64,000 bases of DNA. Source: Eledone cirrhosa (taxonomy: Eukaryota). The position numbers and the translations under genes are program-made. Positions within the stretch are counted from its first letter, which is position 1. Each line of letters opens with the position of its first letter. The notes under the pieces were generated by a model, which saw only the letters and a list, made by a program, of their open reading frames with translations, was not told where the DNA came from and searched no databases. Where the stretch lies: the NCBI GenBank assembly GCA_964016885.1, contig OZ024745.1:65782001-65846000 (forward strand), written 5' to 3'. Shown one piece after another: positions 57,985 to 64,000 of the stretch.

Positions 57985-58147
57985 GAAGTGTTTGTTGTAG
58001 ATTAATTTAAAACTTACATTTCTAAAAAGAATGACTGTTATTTTAAATTTGTTAAATGAATTTCCATTTTTATTATTCTGAAATAGGTAATATATGTACC
58101 CCCCCCCCATATATATATATATAAGGAAAGGAAATTGAAAATGCAGC

Positions 58148-58326
58148 TGGAGTCTTTTAAGAATATTTATCTATATTACCGCTTTCGCAGTTCTTATGCT
58201 TTTCAAAAGTAAAATTGTGATGGAGGGTGTGTGCGTTTGTTCTGGTTTGACAAGCCACAACAGAAAAACAAATCCTCCATCTGTGAAACCGGTGAAGTAA
58301 ATAAATAGATATTCTTAAAAGACTCG
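58148..58326 (+). repeat. Inverted repeat with HHR-like 3' half
   Basis: gagtcttttaagaatat...tttcgcag versus ctgtGAAAccggTG..atattcttaaaagactc; internal stem gatggagg/cctccatc. Confidence 0.6.
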
Positions 58327-58365
58327 TTTCTTTCTTGTTTTTTTTTAAGTAAAAATATTATTTAT

Positions 58366-58441
<76 letters not shown>

Positions 58442-58466
58442 ATATATATATATTTTTGTATATATA

Positions 58467-58519
<53 letters not shown>

Positions 58520-60246
58520 ATATATATATATAAATATATGTGTGTGTGTGTATATATATATATATAAATATATGTGTGTCTGTGTGTGTGTATATATATA
58601 TATATATACATATGAAAATGTTCAAGACCCCGACGGCAGAGCTGAAGCCGTTTCGACGGCTATTTCTGGACCCCAATCCAGAAATAGCCGTCGAAACGGC
58701 TTGAGCTCTGAACATTTTTCTATTACCCACTTTACTACCCTAAGTATTGAGTACTCTGGTGCGTTATAGTCCACCTGGTTCCTTACCACACTTCCTTCGT
58801 TATATATATATATATGATGGCTGCCCCCTCGTTATCGAGTATGGCCATTGCACGAGAAAAAAAATATATATATACACACACAAGTTTATGCATTTGTACT
58901 GCGAAGGCGCAGGTTTAAAGGCATGCGCAGACACGTATCACGAAAATTGCACACCAAATCAAAGTGAAGATGGAGTAGATGTTTTTAAGACCAGAAAGAC
59001 GAGGAGTTACAAAACCGATACCTGTTGACGAGGTCACAGAATATGTGACAAATAAGTACCAAGCAACAAAGATAAAGATAAAGTGAAATTTAAATGTGTG
59101 TGTTTCTTTTTATTGGCAATATTGGGAACATAACCATCCCCAAATGTTATGAAGAGGCTAATACCTAGATGATAAAGCCGCCAATGACGTAATGCTTAAT
59201 AGTATTACCTGCTTTCTGTGCACGCCAGTTCCATATGGACTGTCACCAGCAGATGTAGTAGCATAAACTAATGCATTAGTTCGGGGCCAGAAAATCAAAT
59301 TCTCTACCCACACGAAATCGTTTTCTCACTATTTAATGTATTAATGTAATCTCTGCTTTCCGTTTGGTTCGTATCGTAATACTACTGGCTAAATTAAAGT
59401 ATTGCGTGGGTAGGAAAATGATCAAAGGTATATCGGTCCTATCTGATGACTTCGTTTTAGTATTATTATTTAAACTCCCAGTGATAACCAGCATACAACT
59501 TCGACTTTGCTTTCTATACGGAAAGCCACATCAAAATAGTGACAAATTTTGTATCAATAAATATCTATTCTAAAATATATGTCAAATCTAGAACATTCAA
59601 TTGAATACACTCGGTATATAGTTCGGATAATCATTTAAAAGTAATCTGACTTAAAACACCAATCAGATACAATATGTGACATTTAATCTGTTAGATCTGT
59701 AACTAACTACACATTAAGGCACCGATAAGTGATATAAATGAAAACTGTTAGATAAGGCACTTTATAATATTTTCGTGTCTTTAATCAATAAAATTAATTG
59801 AAATAAACTCAACATAATTAGAAATAGCAAAAAAAGCCCCCCTCGTTCACTAGCAGAATTTCAAATCCCATGCTAATGTCATTTGTTAATTTGTTTGAAT
59901 AATGCCAGTAAATCCCCAGCCACAAATATACTAAATATAGTACACTAATTGGTTCATGTTTTATTCAGTACCTTCTATTAAATTTAATACGTTAATTGGT
60001 TCTCGATCAGAATGCCTACCCACATGACTAAAGAATCAACACCTCAGCGAAAATTCCTTTCATAAGAGTCGTTTCTGATTACAAATTTCTGTAACGCTTA
60101 CGGTATTCGATTGTCTTACACTTCTATATTTCACTTCAAACTGTTGCGGGGGCCAGTTATGCAATCAATGCAAGCAAACAATTGTAAAAAAATGAAAAAA
60201 TAACTCATCTTCTAAGCACTACATACACACACACACGCACACGCAC

Positions 60247-60337
<91 letters not shown>

Positions 60338-60354
60338 CACACACGCACACACGC

Positions 60355-60422
<68 letters not shown>

Positions 60423-60442
60423 TTATATATATATATACATAT

Positions 60443-61258
60443 CTAGGGCGGGTAAAATTCCCGAGATCCATGGCCGAGTTCTCTCCAGCGGTCTCTGTCC
60501 CTCATTATCGCTGCCATGTCCTGCGTCTCCAACAGACCAGTGTCTGTCCTTAGGGCATCAACATACGTTAACCTTGGTCTTCCTCTTCCAGTGTGTCCAT
60601 GCAGGGGCTCCCACAGGAGCTCTAAGTGCAGTGTCTACTCTGGATGTCGGTGAGCATGTCCAGCTAACCTCAGTCTCCTCTGTGTCACTTTTGAGCTGAC
60701 TTTTGGGAGGCTCCCATACAGTTCTGAGTTTTTCATCCTCAGTGTATACTGATTAATGTTCAGAGCCATCCTCAGCATTCTCGTGTAGCACCCATCCACC
60801 AACTGAGTGAGTTCTTGGTCAGTGTCCAAGTCTCAGACCCGTACAGCAGCACAGCCTCCACTACAGCAATGAAGAGGCGGATCTTCAGGTCTCCACGAAG
60901 GTCCAACTTCCACACCGATCACAAGCTGTGGCACGCCGCCCAGGCTTTGCTCTTCCTCTCAACCACATCATCTTCCGTATTCCCAATCTTTGCTCCCAAA
61001 TACAGGAAGTCCTCAATTAATTCTAGCGGCTTCCCGCCTACATTAGTAATTCCCTCTGGCTTCTCAACATTCTCTACCAGATATTTTGTCTTAGTCTCGT
61101 TCATATTCAGCCCCACACTCATCAACACAGTCTAAACTTCCTGCATCAACTTCTCTGCTTCCTTCACTGTATTTGTCAACAAAACTATGTCGTCGGCAAA
61201 TTAATCATCCGATATCTTTTTCGCCTTAACTCTCCTGCTCTGAGCCGGTGTTACAGTA
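60443..61258 (-). mobile_element. RTE-clade LINE 3' portion
   Basis: FADDIVL, GLNMNETKTKY, DFLYLG, LLYGSETW, RRLRLAGH, GRGRP. Confidence 0.9.
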
Positions 61259-61278
61259 ATTTATTATATATATATATA

Positions 61279-61917
61279 TTTTGCAATACACTTTATGCTT
61301 AATTAAAAGCATTTTGAAGACCGTATGCTATTGTTTTAGAGTAGTGACAAATTCACTTACTTTAATCTCAGCAAACAGGGGAGATAAGCCGACAAGGGCC
61401 TTGTTTCGCTTTTGTTGAAGCTTATCAAGGCTAGCTACCCCTCCTGTCTACTGAGATTACTGATGTTATATTCTTATGTTATATTCAATAGCATACGGTC
61501 TTCAAAATGCTTTTAATTAAGCATAAAATGTATTGCAAAATACATTATATATAAATCCATATATATATTGCTATTTCAGAGCTCCAATTCTAATTTTTAA
61601 TTTCTGCCTGACCAACAATCGCTCTGTATAATCAGCTCCTGATTATTTACTAGAATTCTATAAGAATATAACATCTGTAATCTCAGTAGACAGGAGGAGT
61701 AGTTAGCCTTGATAAGCTTCAACAAAAGCGAAACAAGGCCCTTGTCGGCTTATCTCCCCTGTTTGCTGAGATTAAAGTAAGTGAATTTGTCACTACTCTA
61801 AAACAATAGCATACGGTCTTCAAAATGCTTTTAATTAAGCATAAAGTGTATTGCAAAATACATTATATATACATCCATATATATATTGCTATTTCAGAGT
61901 CCAATTCTAATTTTTAG
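61279..61917 (+). repeat. Retrozyme/PLE-like ~318 bp tandem unit plus inverted copy, with HHR
   Basis: 61486-61598 repeats at 61804-61916; 61279-61478 mirrors 61657-61858. Confidence 0.88.
61705..61750 (+). ncRNA. Type I hammerhead ribozyme variant (U3-A8); mirror copy 61387-61432 minus
   Basis: agcc TTGATAA gctt caacaa aagc GAAA caag gcc cttg TC ggct. Confidence 0.8.
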
Positions 61918-61934
61918 ATATATATATATATATT

Positions 61935-62970
61935 TATAAACTAATATATATGATGAAACACAAATACCAACACATCTGTATTTATATTGTAAAAGAAAAT
62001 TTAGCCAGAATGAAGTATACTAATTATAATACTACAGTTTGTCCATATCGATTTAAAATAATAAATCAACAAAGACGAACTGCATTGCCAAATGGCCATG
62101 ATGTTTAGACACATTTAAATTTCAAAATCAAACCTGTTCCGTAGATAAGTTTAAACTTTAAAATCCAAATGTGTTTCGAGATGAATAAGTGTAAGGAATA
62201 TTATGTCCTGCTCTCTTCAGTAAACATCCAGGGACAAATTGATATGCTTCACTTCTAAATAATTTAAAAGACTGTGTAACGCACATGGTTCCCAGTTTCT
62301 AGCAAGCCTCATACCCGTACTGCTAGAAATAACAGTCGTATATATGAGGCTACGTTCAGCTCAACCTAGGAGCAATTATATTATTAAGTGTAATGAATTC
62401 TTTTACAATGGAATTAACTCGAAGAAAGAAATATTTCTGAGCCGTGTAATTCATTACACTTAATAATATAATTGCTCCTAGGTTGAGCTGAACGTAGCCT
62501 CATATATACGACTGTTATTTCTAGCAGTACGGGTATGAGGCTAGCTAGAAACTGGGAACCATGTGCGTTACAAAGTCTTTTAAATTATTTAGAAGTGAAG
62601 CATATCAATTTGTCCCTGGATGTTTACTGAAAAGAGCAGGACATGATATTCCTTACACTTATTCATCTCGAAACACATTTGGATTTTAAAGTTTAAACTT
62701 ATCTACGGAACAGGTTTGATTTTGAAATTTAAATGTGTCTAAACATCATGGCCATTTGGCAATGCAGTTCGTCTTTGTTGATTTATTATTTTAAATCGAT
62801 ATGGACAAACTGTAGTATTATAATTAGTATACTTCATTCTGGCTAAATTTTCTTTTACAATATAAATACAGATGTGTTGGTATTTGTGTTTCATCATATA
62901 TATTAGTTTATACACGGCTCAGAAATATTTCTTTCTTCGAGCTAATTCCATTGTAAAAGAATTCATTACA

Positions 62971-62973
<3 letters not shown>
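61935..62973. repeat. Near-perfect ~465 bp-arm inverted repeat of a circularly permuted ~510 bp unit with HHR-like motif
   Basis: 61935-62399 mirrors 62449-62912 and 62384-62446 mirrors 62911-62973; minus strand 62149-62229 reads gttta CTGAAGA gag..ctc GAAA c..g TT taaac. Confidence 0.88.
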
Positions 62974-63007
<34 letters not shown>

Positions 63008-63225
63008 TTGCGAGGATTTTGATATGAAATCATGTGTCGAAACAAATATTGTTATACTTAAAAAAAAAATAAAAAAAAATATATATAAATAAATACATAC
63101 ACAAGCACAATAACAACAAACACATATAAACACACACTAGTAAACTATAGAATACAATAACCAATACACAGTCACCCAAACACTATACACGCACGCAAAC
63201 GCATGCGCAGAGAACAAGACAAAAA

Positions 63226-63256
<31 letters not shown>

Positions 63257-63541
63257 ACAGACTAAATAAAGATGGCGTAGTCATACAATACAACAGGAGG
63301 AAATATAATAGCACCACTGATGATATTGCAGATGTGCAACGAAAGAACTTTGTTAGCCTATATATATGTGTTTGTGTCTATATTATATCTGTATTTTTGA
63401 CCGTTGGTCAGTCAATGGTAACATTGAGGACCGAATAAATTAAATTAACCGATATAAAAGACACAGAAGCGAAAACCAACCAAACAGCGAGTGTGTTCTG
63501 TTATTAATTCTGGCAATATTATTATACAAATATGACCCTCC

Positions 63542-63572
<31 letters not shown>

Positions 63573-63576
<4 letters not shown>

Positions 63577-63790
63577 GAAAGAAATGTGGTAAGGAACCAG
63601 ATGTACCATAACGCACCAAAGTACTCAATACTTAGGGCAGTAGAGTGGGTAATAGGAACGAGTAGGACCCCGACGGCTGAGCTCAAGCCGTTTCGACGGC
63701 TAATTCTGGACTAAATTAGTCCAGAATTAGTCCAGAATTAGCCCTCGAAACGGCTTGAGCTCAGCCGTCGGGGTCCTACTCGTTCCTATA

Positions 63791-63833
<43 letters not shown>

Positions 63834-64000
63834 CGAAGGAAATGTGGTAAGGAACCAGGTGGACCATAACGCACCAAAGTACTCAATACTTGAGGTAGTA
63901 GAGTGGGTTATAGGAACCAGTAAGACCCCGACAGCTGAGCTCAAGCCGTTTCGAGGGCTAATTCTGGACTAATTCTGGACTAATTTAGTCCAGAATTAGC
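63573..64000 (-). repeat. Two adjacent fold-back family A copies
   Basis: Long arm, stem-II axis (ctaattctggactaa..ttagtccagaattag), short arm ending TTCCTA; second copy runs off the window. Confidence 0.88.

Overview
AT-rich, microsatellite-saturated eukaryotic (metazoan) genomic DNA; the repeat content suggests a cephalopod/mollusc such as octopus (inference, not proven). Almost all ORFs in the track are artefacts of (TA)n/(CA)n runs. Recognisable content: a full-length Tx1/L1-clade LINE (13.8-19.7 kb, minus), an R4/Dong-like fragment, RTE and CRE LINE fragments, a Chapaev3-like transposase relic, about 11 copies of a tRNA-derived SINE (four in tandem) and three Penelope-like element (PLE) bodies. 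Two signals stand out. (1) More than a dozen short fold-back or tandem repeats sit between TA runs and carry hammerhead-ribozyme (HHR) motifs; several have a compensated U3-A8 core, and many palindromes have their symmetry axis in HHR stem II. (2) One apparently intact small secreted 6-Cys peptide exon (27253-27510, minus) has several possible degenerate paralogues and a myticin-like Cys array nearby. All calls come from manual reading; coordinates are approximate to about 10-20 bp.
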